A DNA stretch of 41,419 nt from Bacteroidota bacterium (lineage in GTDB: Bacteria > Bacteroidota > Bacteroidia > Bacteroidales > Prolixibacteraceae): positions 1-41,419 of the forward strand of contig JAUZOB010000001.1 in assembly GCA_030706665.1 (NCBI GenBank), given 5' to 3'. The position numbers and the translations under genes were made by a program. This document shows positions 19,822-28,605 of the stretch, piece after piece. Each line of letters begins with the position of its first letter. Position 1 is the stretch's first letter. Under the pieces are notes generated by a model that did not search any database, was not told the DNA's origin, and worked only from the letters and a program-made list of their open reading frames with translations.

Positions 19822-20463
19822 ATGAAAAGAGTAAGATTGTTTCTGATGATTTTGATTGCAGCGAGTATTGTTATGGCATGCAATCAAAAAGCGAAAAAGG
19901 ATCAAAAGCCAATAGTATCAAAAACAGTTGAAAATCTAAAGACTGCCCTTAAGGATGAACTGACAACTGTTGAAAAATACAGAGCATATTCTGAAAGAGC
20001 AAGAGCAGATGGCTATGGTCAGATCTCAGCACTCTTTAACGCTATTGCAAGATCTGAAGGGATTCATGCGAATAATCATATCGGCGTTCTAACCAGCTTG
20101 GGGATAACTGCAGATTCCACGAAAGGCAGTTTTGTTGTTAAGTCGACAAAAGAAAATCTCGAAGAATCGATTAATGGTGAAGCGAAAGAAGTTTTTGTAT
20201 TATATCCCGCTTATATAAAATCAGCGAATGATGAAAATGCACCGGATGCAATCAGAACATTTACCTGGGCAATGGGAATCGAAAAGAAACATGGGTACTT
20301 CTATCAAAGTGCACTGGAAGCGCTGAAGACAAATGATTTAACCGAATTGCCCTATGAATATCTTATATGTCCCAAATGTGGGAATACCTTTGAAGAAATA
20401 GAATTAGAACCTAAATGTCCGTTTTGTAAGACGGATAAAGGCAAGTTTATTGTTGTAAAATAA
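19822..20463 (+). CDS. Rubrerythrin-family protein with an N-terminal lipoprotein signal peptide
   Basis: Ferritin-like four-helix diiron motifs are present (ELTTVEKY, SEGIHANNH, INGEAKEV, IEKKHGYFY), plus a C-terminal rubredoxin-like CPKCG...CPFC. The N-terminus MKRVRLFLMILIAASIVMAC|NQK looks like an SPII signal with a lipobox Cys. Confidence 0.85.
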   Translation: MKRVRLFLMILIAASIVMACNQKAKKDQKPIVSKTVENLKTALKDELTTVEKYRAYSERARADGYGQISALFNAIARSEGIHANNHIGVLTSLGITADSTKGSFVVKSTKENLEESINGEAKEVFVLYPAYIKSANDENAPDAIRTFTWAMGIEKKHGYFYQSALEALKTNDLTELPYEYLICPKCGNTFEEIELEPKCPFCKTDKGKFIVVK

Positions 20464-20554
20464 GTATTCATAAATCAAATAATAGGTTGCATTCTTAACG
20501 AAAAATAGGATCGCTTGTATTTGAAAAATCGGGATCTCACAAGTGTGAGCTAAT

Positions 20555-20592
20555 AAATAAAGGTTGCCAGGAAAAAGGCAACCTTTATTTCT
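20555..20592. terminator. Strong hairpin terminator after the rubrerythrin gene
   Basis: Perfect 14-bp stem AAATAAAGGTTGCC / GGCAACCTTTATTT with an 8-nt loop. The A-rich and U-rich arms are compatible with bidirectional function. Confidence 0.8.
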
Positions 20593-20855
20593 TAATGGGA
20601 TACGAAACTTGTTATTGAATAAAAAATCAGGGAAAATATTAAGATTAAAGGCTTAATTGACCGTATTGTTAATAGAATTTAACTCAGTATGTTAATTGTT
20701 TCTTACGTGAATTTTTCAAAATTAAGAGAATGCAAAAAATATAGAATTAGGCGTTTAAAGATGAACAAGGGCGTTTGATTATTCGTTTTTTTTCATAATT
20801 TTATAGAGAACCGATTAACATAGATGAGACAGTTGTTTTTCTAACATTGAGTCAA

Positions 20856-22802
20856 ATGAGTTACCTGAAATTTGATAAAAGCCAATTGGTCAACCTGGAG
20901 TATTCATTACAGAGAGAGATTTTGCGTACCAACAGGGCCGGATCTTACAGTATCTCTACCTTAGCAAGAAGTAATACCCGCAAGTATCATGGACTTTTAG
21001 TTTGTCCTCTTGATGAATTAGATGGGAGTAAGCATGTTCTTCTATCTTCCCTTGATGAGACTATTGTTCAACATGGCTCATCATTTAACTTAGGATTGCA
21101 TCGATATTCCGGGGAGCATTATAATCCCAAAGGACATAAATATATTACCGATTTTGAATTTGAAACGAATTCGCTCACTACCTATCGTGTCGGAGGGGTT
21201 GTGTTAACAGTCGAACGCTTGTTGGTAGAAAAGAAACAACAGGTATTGATGCGTTATACGCTTGTTGATGCGCATTCTCCCACCAAAATACAATTCAAAC
21301 CTTTCCTTGCGTTTCGAAGTATCCATTCGTTGAGTAAAGCCAATCTTTTTGCAAATACAAAATATCAGATGGTTCCCAATGGAATCCGGATGAAACTTTA
21401 TGATGGATATCCTTTCCTGAATATGCAGTTTTCAAAAGAACCGGCATTTATTCCTGTTCCTGACTGGTATTATAATATTGAATACTATAAAGAGATAGAA
21501 CGAGGTTATGAAGGGCTGGAAGATCTTTTTGTTCCCGGATATTTTGAAATTCCGATTGAAAAGGGAGAAAGTCTCATTTTTTCTGCATCTACAGAGGAAA
21601 TAGATCCTTTGTTACTAAAACGGAAATTTACATCCGAGACAAAGAAGAAAGACCATCGGGATAGTTTCTTCAATTGTTTGAAGATAGCGGCCGGCCAATT
21701 TCTGGTTAAGAAAGAAAAACAATACAATGTTGTCGCAGGATATCCCTGGTATGATGGAAGAACACGCCAGACTTTGTTGTCATTACCTTCCTTAACCCTT
21801 GCCTTTGGCGATGAAAAAACATTTGAAAATGTATTGGACTATCTGATTGGTCAGATGAAAGATGGTTTATTTCCTCGTACTTCAGGTCAGTTCGAATTAG
21901 ACTATGACGATTGCGATTCTCCGTTAATTCTGTTTTGGACTTTACAGCAATTGGCTGCTTATCGTAAGGAAACAAAATCGATCTGGAAAAAGTATGGCCC
22001 TTTAATGAAAAAAATTCTTTTGGGGTACAAAAAGGGGTTACCTTTTAATATAAAAATGCTTAATAATGGATTGATTACAGCTGGTGATGGAGCAAGAGCT
22101 TTAACCTGGATGGATGGGTATGTTGATGAAAAACCTGTAACTCCTCGTAAGGGTTTACCCGTAGAAGTAAATGCTTTGTGGTATAACGCGATCTGTTTTG
22201 CACTAAAGCTTGCCAAAGAATATTCCGACAAAGAGTTCATCTCACGATGGGGGAAGATGCCTGCGAAGATTGAAGAAGCATTTGTTCAAACTTTCTGGAG
22301 TGAGGATCGTCAGTATCTGGCTGATTATGTCGATGGAAATTACAAAGACTGGTCTGTCAGACCCAATATGGTGATTGTCGCTGCATTAGAATATTCGCCT
22401 ATTGACAAAGAGAAGAAGAAAGCAATATTGGAAATTGCCATAAAAGATCTGATGACACCAAGAGGCCTTCGTTCTCTTTCTCCTCGGGATCCTTTATATC
22501 AGGGGGTTGCAATGGGGAATGAAAGAGAAAGACAAAGTGCGATCCATCAGGGGAGTGCTTATCCTTGGTTGATGGGGATCTTTATTATCGGATATTTGTC
22601 AATATATAAGAAAAGTGGATTGAGTTTTGCAAAGCAGATTATTAAAGGCTTCGAAGAAGAAATGACAGAGAACTGTGTTGGAACGATTTCCGAGTTGTAT
22701 GACGGAGATCCTCCGCATAAAGGTCGTGGTGCCATTTCACAAGCCTGGAATGTTGCGTTTATCCTTAGATCTATTAAAGTAATTGAGTCATACGAAAAAT
22801 AA
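20856..22802 (+). CDS. Glycogen debranching enzyme, amylo-alpha-1,6-glucosidase type (GH133, archaeal/bacterial GDE family)
   Basis: ~648 aa. The N-terminal GDE_N-like block is REILRTNRAGSYSISTLARSNTRKYHGLLV. The C-terminal (alpha/alpha)6 GDE_C blocks are VAGYPWYDGRTRQTL, LTWMDG, PVEVNALWYNA and GTISELYDGDPPHKGRGAISQAWNVA. I prefer the ATG at 20856 over the TTG at 20847. Confidence 0.88.
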   Translation: MSYLKFDKSQLVNLEYSLQREILRTNRAGSYSISTLARSNTRKYHGLLVCPLDELDGSKHVLLSSLDETIVQHGSSFNLGLHRYSGEHYNPKGHKYITDFEFETNSLTTYRVGGVVLTVERLLVEKKQQVLMRYTLVDAHSPTKIQFKPFLAFRSIHSLSKANLFANTKYQMVPNGIRMKLYDGYPFLNMQFSKEPAFIPVPDWYYNIEYYKEIERGYEGLEDLFVPGYFEIPIEKGESLIFSASTEEIDPLLLKRKFTSETKKKDHRDSFFNCLKIAAGQFLVKKEKQYNVVAGYPWYDGRTRQTLLSLPSLTLAFGDEKTFENVLDYLIGQMKDGLFPRTSGQFELDYDDCDSPLILFWTLQQLAAYRKETKSIWKKYGPLMKKILLGYKKGLPFNIKMLNNGLITAGDGARALTWMDGYVDEKPVTPRKGLPVEVNALWYNAICFALKLAKEYSDKEFISRWGKMPAKIEEAFVQTFWSEDRQYLADYVDGNYKDWSVRPNMVIVAALEYSPIDKEKKKAILEIAIKDLMTPRGLRSLSPRDPLYQGVAMGNERERQSAIHQGSAYPWLMGIFIIGYLSIYKKSGLSFAKQIIKGFEEEMTENCVGTISELYDGDPPHKGRGAISQAWNVAFILRSIKVIESYEK

Positions 22803-22827
22803 GCCACCAGAATAAACCTTTTGTCCT

Positions 22828-24141
22828 ATGAGAGTGCTGATGTTTGGATGGGAGTTTCCTCCTCATATTTCCGGAGGTCTTGGAACAGCCTGCTATGGTC
22901 TGACCAAAGGGTTAGCCACCTTCGATGATGTCGAAGTAACTTTTGTGGTACCTAAAGCATATGGCGACGAAGATCAATCATCAATCCGGTTAATTGGAGC
23001 AGGGGACGTTTCTATTACCCGAAAGAATGTGAAATTTGAAGACTTGCAACGCAAAATTGAATATTATGAAGTGGAATCAGGTTTAATCCCTTACATGGGA
23101 CCTGAAGAATTCTGGCAGCTAAAATCGTTAGAGCATAAAGATTCTTCCCGTTACATTGAAACAGATGAGATGGGGAAACTTACTTTCTCGGGGAAGTACG
23201 GGAATGATCTGCTTTATGAGATTTATAAATATTCGTTAGTCGCTGAAGTAATCGCTAAGGAGAATGATTTTGATGTGATACATGCCCATGACTGGTTGGC
23301 GTATCCTGCCGGGATTGCCGCAAAGAAAGCTACCGGTAAGCCGTTGGTTGTGCATGTTCATGCAACTGACTTTGATCGAAGTGGAGGAAGTGTAAATCCT
23401 CAGGTATTTGCAATAGAAAAAGAGGGAATGGATTGTGCCGACAGAGTTATTACCGTAAGTAATCTGACCCGGAATATCGTAATAGAGAAGTATGGAATTG
23501 CTCCCGAAAAGGTCATAACGGTTTATAATGCAGTTGAACCTGTTAGTTCGGAACTGAAAAATCAGATGAAGAAAGGAGTTGATGAGAAGATTGTGACTTT
23601 TCTGGGAAGAATTACCATGCAAAAGGGACCGGAATATTTTATTGAAGCAGCATACCAGGTCCTTCAGAAAATGGATAATGTCAGATTTGTAATGGCAGGG
23701 AGTGGAGATATGATGAATCGGATGATTAAAAGGGCAGCCCGATTAGGAATCTCAGATCATTTCCATTTTACCGGATTTTTACAAGGAGATGATGTGTTTA
23801 ATATGTTCGGGATGAGTGACGTATATGTCATGCCCTCAATATCCGAACCATTTGGAATATCACCGTTAGAAGCAATGCAAAGCAATGTGCCAACAATTAT
23901 ATCGTATCAATCAGGAGTTTCTGAGATCTTGAATTATGCACTCAAGGTGGATTTTTGGGATGTAAATGCAATGGCTGATGCTATTTATGCTTTGTTGAAC
24001 TACCCTGCTTTATCTCAGATTTTACGTAAATATGGGAAAGAAGAAGTTGAGAGTTTGCAATGGAAGCATTCAGCTCAAAAAACCCGTGAGGTTTACTTAG
24101 AAGCAATAGCAAGTGTTGAATCAGGAATTACTGAAAATTGA
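22828..24141 (+). CDS. GT4-family glycosyltransferase (candidate alpha-glucan/glycogen synthase)
   Basis: 437 aa. The N-terminus MRVLMFGWEFPPHISGGLGTACYGL has a GT-B donor-site glycine loop, and the C-terminus has the SEPFGISPLEAM EX7E motif. It starts 25 nt after the GH133 gene. Confidence 0.85.
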   Translation: MRVLMFGWEFPPHISGGLGTACYGLTKGLATFDDVEVTFVVPKAYGDEDQSSIRLIGAGDVSITRKNVKFEDLQRKIEYYEVESGLIPYMGPEEFWQLKSLEHKDSSRYIETDEMGKLTFSGKYGNDLLYEIYKYSLVAEVIAKENDFDVIHAHDWLAYPAGIAAKKATGKPLVVHVHATDFDRSGGSVNPQVFAIEKEGMDCADRVITVSNLTRNIVIEKYGIAPEKVITVYNAVEPVSSELKNQMKKGVDEKIVTFLGRITMQKGPEYFIEAAYQVLQKMDNVRFVMAGSGDMMNRMIKRAARLGISDHFHFTGFLQGDDVFNMFGMSDVYVMPSISEPFGISPLEAMQSNVPTIISYQSGVSEILNYALKVDFWDVNAMADAIYALLNYPALSQILRKYGKEEVESLQWKHSAQKTREVYLEAIASVESGITEN

Positions 24142-24155
24142 AAAATCATTCTGTT

Positions 24156-25472
24156 ATGAAAACTGTATGCCTATACTTTCAAGTTCACCAGCCTTTCAGA
24201 TATCGCCGGTACCGCTTTTTTGACATTGGGAACGATCATTACTATTATGATGATTATTCAAATGAGGCAATCCTGCATAAAGTCTCCGAAAAGTGTTATC
24301 TCCCTGCAAACAAACTTATTCTAAGCTTGATAAAGAAGCATGGAGGTAAATTTAGGGTCGCCTTTTCTCTTTCAGGGATTGCTCTTGAACAATTCAGCCT
24401 GTACGCTCCCGAAGTTATCAAGTCCTTTCAGGAACTGGCAAAAACAGGGTGCGTAGAGTTTCTGTCTGAAACCTATTCCCATTCGATGGTTTCGATGGTT
24501 GATCCGGAGCTTTTTGCAAAACAGGTCAAAATGCATGATGATCTGATCGAGAAATATTTTGGACAGCGACCGACGGTTTTTAGGAACACAGAATTGATTT
24601 ATTCCGATGAAATCGGGGAGCAGGTGGCAGCGATGGGATTTAAGGCGATGCTAACTGAAGGGGCACGGCATATTCTTGGATGGAAAAGTCCAAACTATAT
24701 TTATTGTGGTGCTGCGGCTCCACAGCTTAAATTGTTATTGCGAAATTATAAACTGAGTGATGATGTGGCATTCCGATTCTCAAATAAAGGATGGAATGAA
24801 TATCCTTTGACTGCAGATAAATTTGCAAATTGGATTGCCAAAATAAATCAGCACGAAGAGATTGTAAATCTGTTTATGGATTATGAAACCTTAGGAGAGC
24901 ACCAGTGGAAGGAATCAGGTATATTCGATTTTATGACAAAATTGCCAGCTGCGATTATTGCTAAAAAAGGAATATCATTCAGAACTCCATCTGAAGCAGC
25001 AAACAAGCATAATCCAATCTCTGTTGTTTCCGTTCCTCATCCTATCTCGTGGGCAGATGAAGAAAGAGATCTTTCTGCCTGGCTTGGGAATGAAATGCAG
25101 AAGGAAGCATTTGATAAACTTTACAGTCTTAAAGATCAGGTTGCACTGTGTAAAGACCCTGATATCCTGAAGGACTGGAATTATCTTCAGATAAGTGACC
25201 ATTTCTACTATATGTGTACCAAATTCTTCTCTGATGGAGAGGTGCATAAGTACTTTAATCCATACGAGAATCCGTATGAAGCCTTTATAAACTACATGAA
25301 CGTATTGAGCGATTTCCATATCCGATTGGATGCAAAGGTCACAATTGATCCTGTCGCTATTGAATTGGAAAGACTTCGTTCGCTGATAGATGAGAAAGAT
25401 AAAAAAATAGAGGAGTTAGAGGTGAAATCAGCAAAGAAGCGAACTCATAAGAAAGTAGAGAAAGCGGGTTAA
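24156..25472 (+). CDS. GH57 family alpha-amylase-like enzyme (AmyC-like)
   Basis: All GH57 conserved regions are present: FQVHQPFR, GCVEFL, RNTELIY (candidate nucleophile Glu), MDYETLGEHQW (candidate acid/base Asp) and LQISDHFYYM. The C-terminal tail looks like a coiled coil. The ATG at 24156 lies 14 nt after the GT4 stop. The alternative TTG at 24138 would overlap that stop by 4 nt. Confidence 0.88.
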   Translation: MKTVCLYFQVHQPFRYRRYRFFDIGNDHYYYDDYSNEAILHKVSEKCYLPANKLILSLIKKHGGKFRVAFSLSGIALEQFSLYAPEVIKSFQELAKTGCVEFLSETYSHSMVSMVDPELFAKQVKMHDDLIEKYFGQRPTVFRNTELIYSDEIGEQVAAMGFKAMLTEGARHILGWKSPNYIYCGAAAPQLKLLLRNYKLSDDVAFRFSNKGWNEYPLTADKFANWIAKINQHEEIVNLFMDYETLGEHQWKESGIFDFMTKLPAAIIAKKGISFRTPSEAANKHNPISVVSVPHPISWADEERDLSAWLGNEMQKEAFDKLYSLKDQVALCKDPDILKDWNYLQISDHFYYMCTKFFSDGEVHKYFNPYENPYEAFINYMNVLSDFHIRLDAKVTIDPVAIELERLRSLIDEKDKKIEELEVKSAKKRTHKKVEKAG

Positions 25473-25592
25473 TTTAGTATAAATCTTATTTTAATTTTTA
25501 TCAAATTGTTGATTACTAATTGTCTTTAACTTTTCTTTTTTCTTTCTTTGCGCGCATAATTAGAATGAGTAAAAGGGGAGAGAGGAAATTTT

Positions 25593-28172
25593 ATGAGCAC
25601 AAATGGAGTGAAAATAGTAAAACGAATTGCTGTGGATAAACCCAATTGGAAAAAGATTTTTGTTGAATCGAGCTTGCCGGAAGTTTTATATCCATTGAAG
25701 GATATAAGCAGAAATCTCTGGTGGTCATGGAATACAGAGGCACGTGATTTATTCTGTAGTATAGATCCTGAAAAATGGGAAGAATCAGAGCATAACCCAA
25801 TAATGCTCCTTGAAAGTGTAAGTTATCAGCGTCTGCTTGAATTGGAAAAGGATGAAAAATTCCTGAACTCAATGCATCAGGTAAGTGATGAGCTGACTCA
25901 ATATATTCAGGAAAGAAAGGATCGGAAGAGACCCTCTGTCGCATATTTCAGCATGGAATTTGGAATTCACGACAGTCTTAAAATATTTTCCGGTGGGCTT
26001 GGAATCCTTGCAGGAGATTATCTGAAAGAGGCCAGTGATTCGAAAGTGAACATGGTTGGAATAGGTTTGCTTTACAGGTTCGGATATTTCAAACAAACTC
26101 TTTCTGCCAATGGGGAACAGCTTGCAAATTATGAAGCTGAACAATTCTCAAAAATCCCGGTAACGGCTGTTGCTGATGCAGATGGGAAATGGTTGACAAT
26201 TCCATTTGAATTTCCCCAGGGACGGGTCTATGCCCGGGTATGGGAAGCAAAAGTGGGAGCCGTAAGCCTTTACCTTCTGGATACTGACTTTGAAGACAAT
26301 CGGGACTCGGATCGTACGATCACACATCAACTTTACGGAGGGGATAATGAAAATCGTTTGAAACAAGAGATTGTTCTCGGATTCGGAGGGATTAGACTGC
26401 TTAAAGCATTAGGCATTGATTCAGATATTTATCATTGCAACGAGGGACACGCCGCTTTTATCGGGGTGGAACGATTACGTAAACTAGTCAAAGAAGAAAG
26501 GCTTACTTTTGCTGAAGCGAAAGAAGTGGTTCGGGCATCTACTCTGTTTACTACACATACCCCCGTGCCTGCAGGTCATGATATCTTCCCTGAAGATATG
26601 TTCCGATTCTATATGGAAGGGATTCCTGACGAGTTAGGCATCTCCTGGAATGACTTTGTGATGTTGGGGAAAGCATTTCTTCATGAAACTCATTTCAACA
26701 TGAGTTACCTTGCGGCCCACCTTTCACAGGGGATCAACGGCGTGAGTTTGCTTCATGGAGAAGTTAGCAAAGAGCTGTTTACAGACCTTTATGGTGGATT
26801 TTTCCCAACGGAGTTGAATATTGGGTATGTAACGAACGGAGTTCATTATAAATCCTGGGCAGCTCAGGAATGGAAGGAACTTCATAAGAAATACTTTGGG
26901 GAACAATTCCCTGACAATCAACTTGATTTTGATCTGTGGGCAAAGATTTCGACTGTTCCCTCTGAGGAAATGTGGAGTGTTAAACACACATTAAAAGTTA
27001 AGTTAATTGAATACATCAAACAGCGGTTTACCGATTCATGGATACAACGGCATGAAGATCCGAAAATAATTTCAGAAGTCTTAAATACTCTGAATCCGAA
27101 TGCATTAACAATCGGATTTGCCCGTCGTTTTGCTACTTATAAAAGAGCTTACCTTCTTTTCCGTGATTTAGACCGGTTGTCAGAACTTCTAAATGATCCA
27201 GAACGTCCGATGCAGTTTATTTTTGCGGGGAAAGCGCATCCTGCAGACAGAGCCGGACAGGATTTGATCAAGTATATCATTGATATTTCCAAACGCCCTG
27301 AATTTATTGGGAAGATTATTTTCATACCGAATTATGACATAAATCTGGCCAAGATACTTTTGCAAGGGGTAGATGTGTGGTTAAATACACCCACACGTCC
27401 GTTGGAAGCATCCGGAACCAGTGGTGAGAAAGGGGTTATGAACGGAACTCTTCATTTCTCGGTCCTTGACGGATGGTGGGTTGAAGGCTATCATAAAGAT
27501 GCCGGATGGGCGCTCCCTCAGGAAAATTCATACGATGTTGCAGAATTCCAGGATCAATTGGATGCCGAGACAATCTATAATATTCTTGAAAATGAAGTTA
27601 TCCCGGCGTATTATGAACGGAATGACAAAGACCTTCCGATCCGATGGATTTCTTATATGAAGAATACCTTTGCTCAGGTGGCTCCAAATTTTACAACTTT
27701 GCGAATGTTGAGGGATTATGAAGAACGATTTTATATTCCTCAGAGTAAGCGCGTTAATAAATTAAAAGCAGATAAATACAAACTTGCACATTCTCTTGCA
27801 GCATGGAAGTCACGTGTTGCTTCTAAATGGGAAGGCATTGAGGTTCTCGAAGTGGACTTGTCCGAAAGAATAACTAATACTTATCGGATCGGAGAAAGCT
27901 ATCCTGCTCGCGTCGTGTTGAATCTGAACGGATTATCTCCTGAAGATATCGGAATTGAAATTGTAACTTGTGTCCCTATTAATGGGTCAAATGAGATGAA
28001 ATTTATCGACAGTCAGGAATTTGAAGTATGCTCAACCATGGATGGTAAAAGTACCTATTGTCACGATCTGGTATTAAATGATCCGGGATATTATAATTAT
28101 GCAATCCGGATTTTTGCACGTCATCCGGAACTGCCGCACCGTCAGGATTTCAGATACGTCCGATGGATATAG
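25593..28172 (+). CDS. glgP: Alpha-glucan phosphorylase (GT35, maltodextrin/glycogen phosphorylase, DUF3417-type N-terminus)
   Basis: 859 aa. Has FSGGLGILAGDYLKEASD, the CNEGHAAF and TTHTPVPAGHD blocks, and EASGTSGEKGVMNG, which contains the PLP-lysine motif. Confidence 0.92.
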   Translation: MSTNGVKIVKRIAVDKPNWKKIFVESSLPEVLYPLKDISRNLWWSWNTEARDLFCSIDPEKWEESEHNPIMLLESVSYQRLLELEKDEKFLNSMHQVSDELTQYIQERKDRKRPSVAYFSMEFGIHDSLKIFSGGLGILAGDYLKEASDSKVNMVGIGLLYRFGYFKQTLSANGEQLANYEAEQFSKIPVTAVADADGKWLTIPFEFPQGRVYARVWEAKVGAVSLYLLDTDFEDNRDSDRTITHQLYGGDNENRLKQEIVLGFGGIRLLKALGIDSDIYHCNEGHAAFIGVERLRKLVKEERLTFAEAKEVVRASTLFTTHTPVPAGHDIFPEDMFRFYMEGIPDELGISWNDFVMLGKAFLHETHFNMSYLAAHLSQGINGVSLLHGEVSKELFTDLYGGFFPTELNIGYVTNGVHYKSWAAQEWKELHKKYFGEQFPDNQLDFDLWAKISTVPSEEMWSVKHTLKVKLIEYIKQRFTDSWIQRHEDPKIISEVLNTLNPNALTIGFARRFATYKRAYLLFRDLDRLSELLNDPERPMQFIFAGKAHPADRAGQDLIKYIIDISKRPEFIGKIIFIPNYDINLAKILLQGVDVWLNTPTRPLEASGTSGEKGVMNGTLHFSVLDGWWVEGYHKDAGWALPQENSYDVAEFQDQLDAETIYNILENEVIPAYYERNDKDLPIRWISYMKNTFAQVAPNFTTLRMLRDYEERFYIPQSKRVNKLKADKYKLAHSLAAWKSRVASKWEGIEVLEVDLSERITNTYRIGESYPARVVLNLNGLSPEDIGIEIVTCVPINGSNEMKFIDSQEFEVCSTMDGKSTYCHDLVLNDPGYYNYAIRIFARHPELPHRQDFRYVRWI

Positions 28173-28197
28173 AGATTTTATAATCTCATTGAGATAT

Positions 28198-28380
28198 AGA
28201 GAGACTGCCTAAAAGGTTTGATTGATCTCTGATAATTATAGATTATACATAGAGAAGACACAAGCTTCCGTTTGAATTCTTTAGTTTTACTGATGTATTC
28301 AAATTTGGACTTGGGGAATCTGAAATTGTATTTATAAGATCAGAATATAAACAATCATCTTTAGACAGTCTCTTTTTTAT
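28198..28380 (+). repeat. Long imperfect inverted repeat / candidate structured RNA ending in a U-tract
   Basis: Hand pairing gives collinear helices: 28198-28207:28366-28375 (10 bp), 28209-28213:28360-28364, 28219-28224:28352-28357, 28228-28233:28339-28344, 28236-28240:28333-28337 and 28245-28249:28327-28331. There is an apical 7-bp hairpin at 28271-28277:28297-28303. TTTTTT follows at 28373-28378. Confidence 0.35.
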
Positions 28381-28570
28381 TTTGCTATAAGAAGGGCTTG
28401 CTTCCCTAATGGTAAACCATAGTTTCTTGCGAATATTAATTTACCTGAGACCGGATAAATAGGAATTAATAAGTCATTGCTGTAAGATAATGAAGGGCAA
28501 GCGGGTTCATCGATTTGCCTTTGTTCGTTACTACAAGCAGATAAATGAGACTTAGCCCCGAATATATTTT

Positions 28571-28578
28571 TATCTTTG
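28571..28578 (+). promoter_or_regulatory. Candidate -7 box (TATCTTTG) upstream of gltX
   Basis: TATCTTTGCA is the same decamer as at the tRNA promoter and lies 28 nt upstream of the gltX ATG at 28606. No clear -33 TTTG. Confidence 0.45.
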
Positions 28579-28605
28579 CACTCAAATTTTTCAATCCTTT
28601 AATCG

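Noticed and set aside
28198-28380. Calling the long rod-like inverted repeat a 6S RNA (ssrS)
   Set aside because: The size and rod shape are compatible. However, I cannot identify a large central bubble with flanking G-C clamps, a promoter, or the usual genomic context. It is kept only as a generic candidate structured element.
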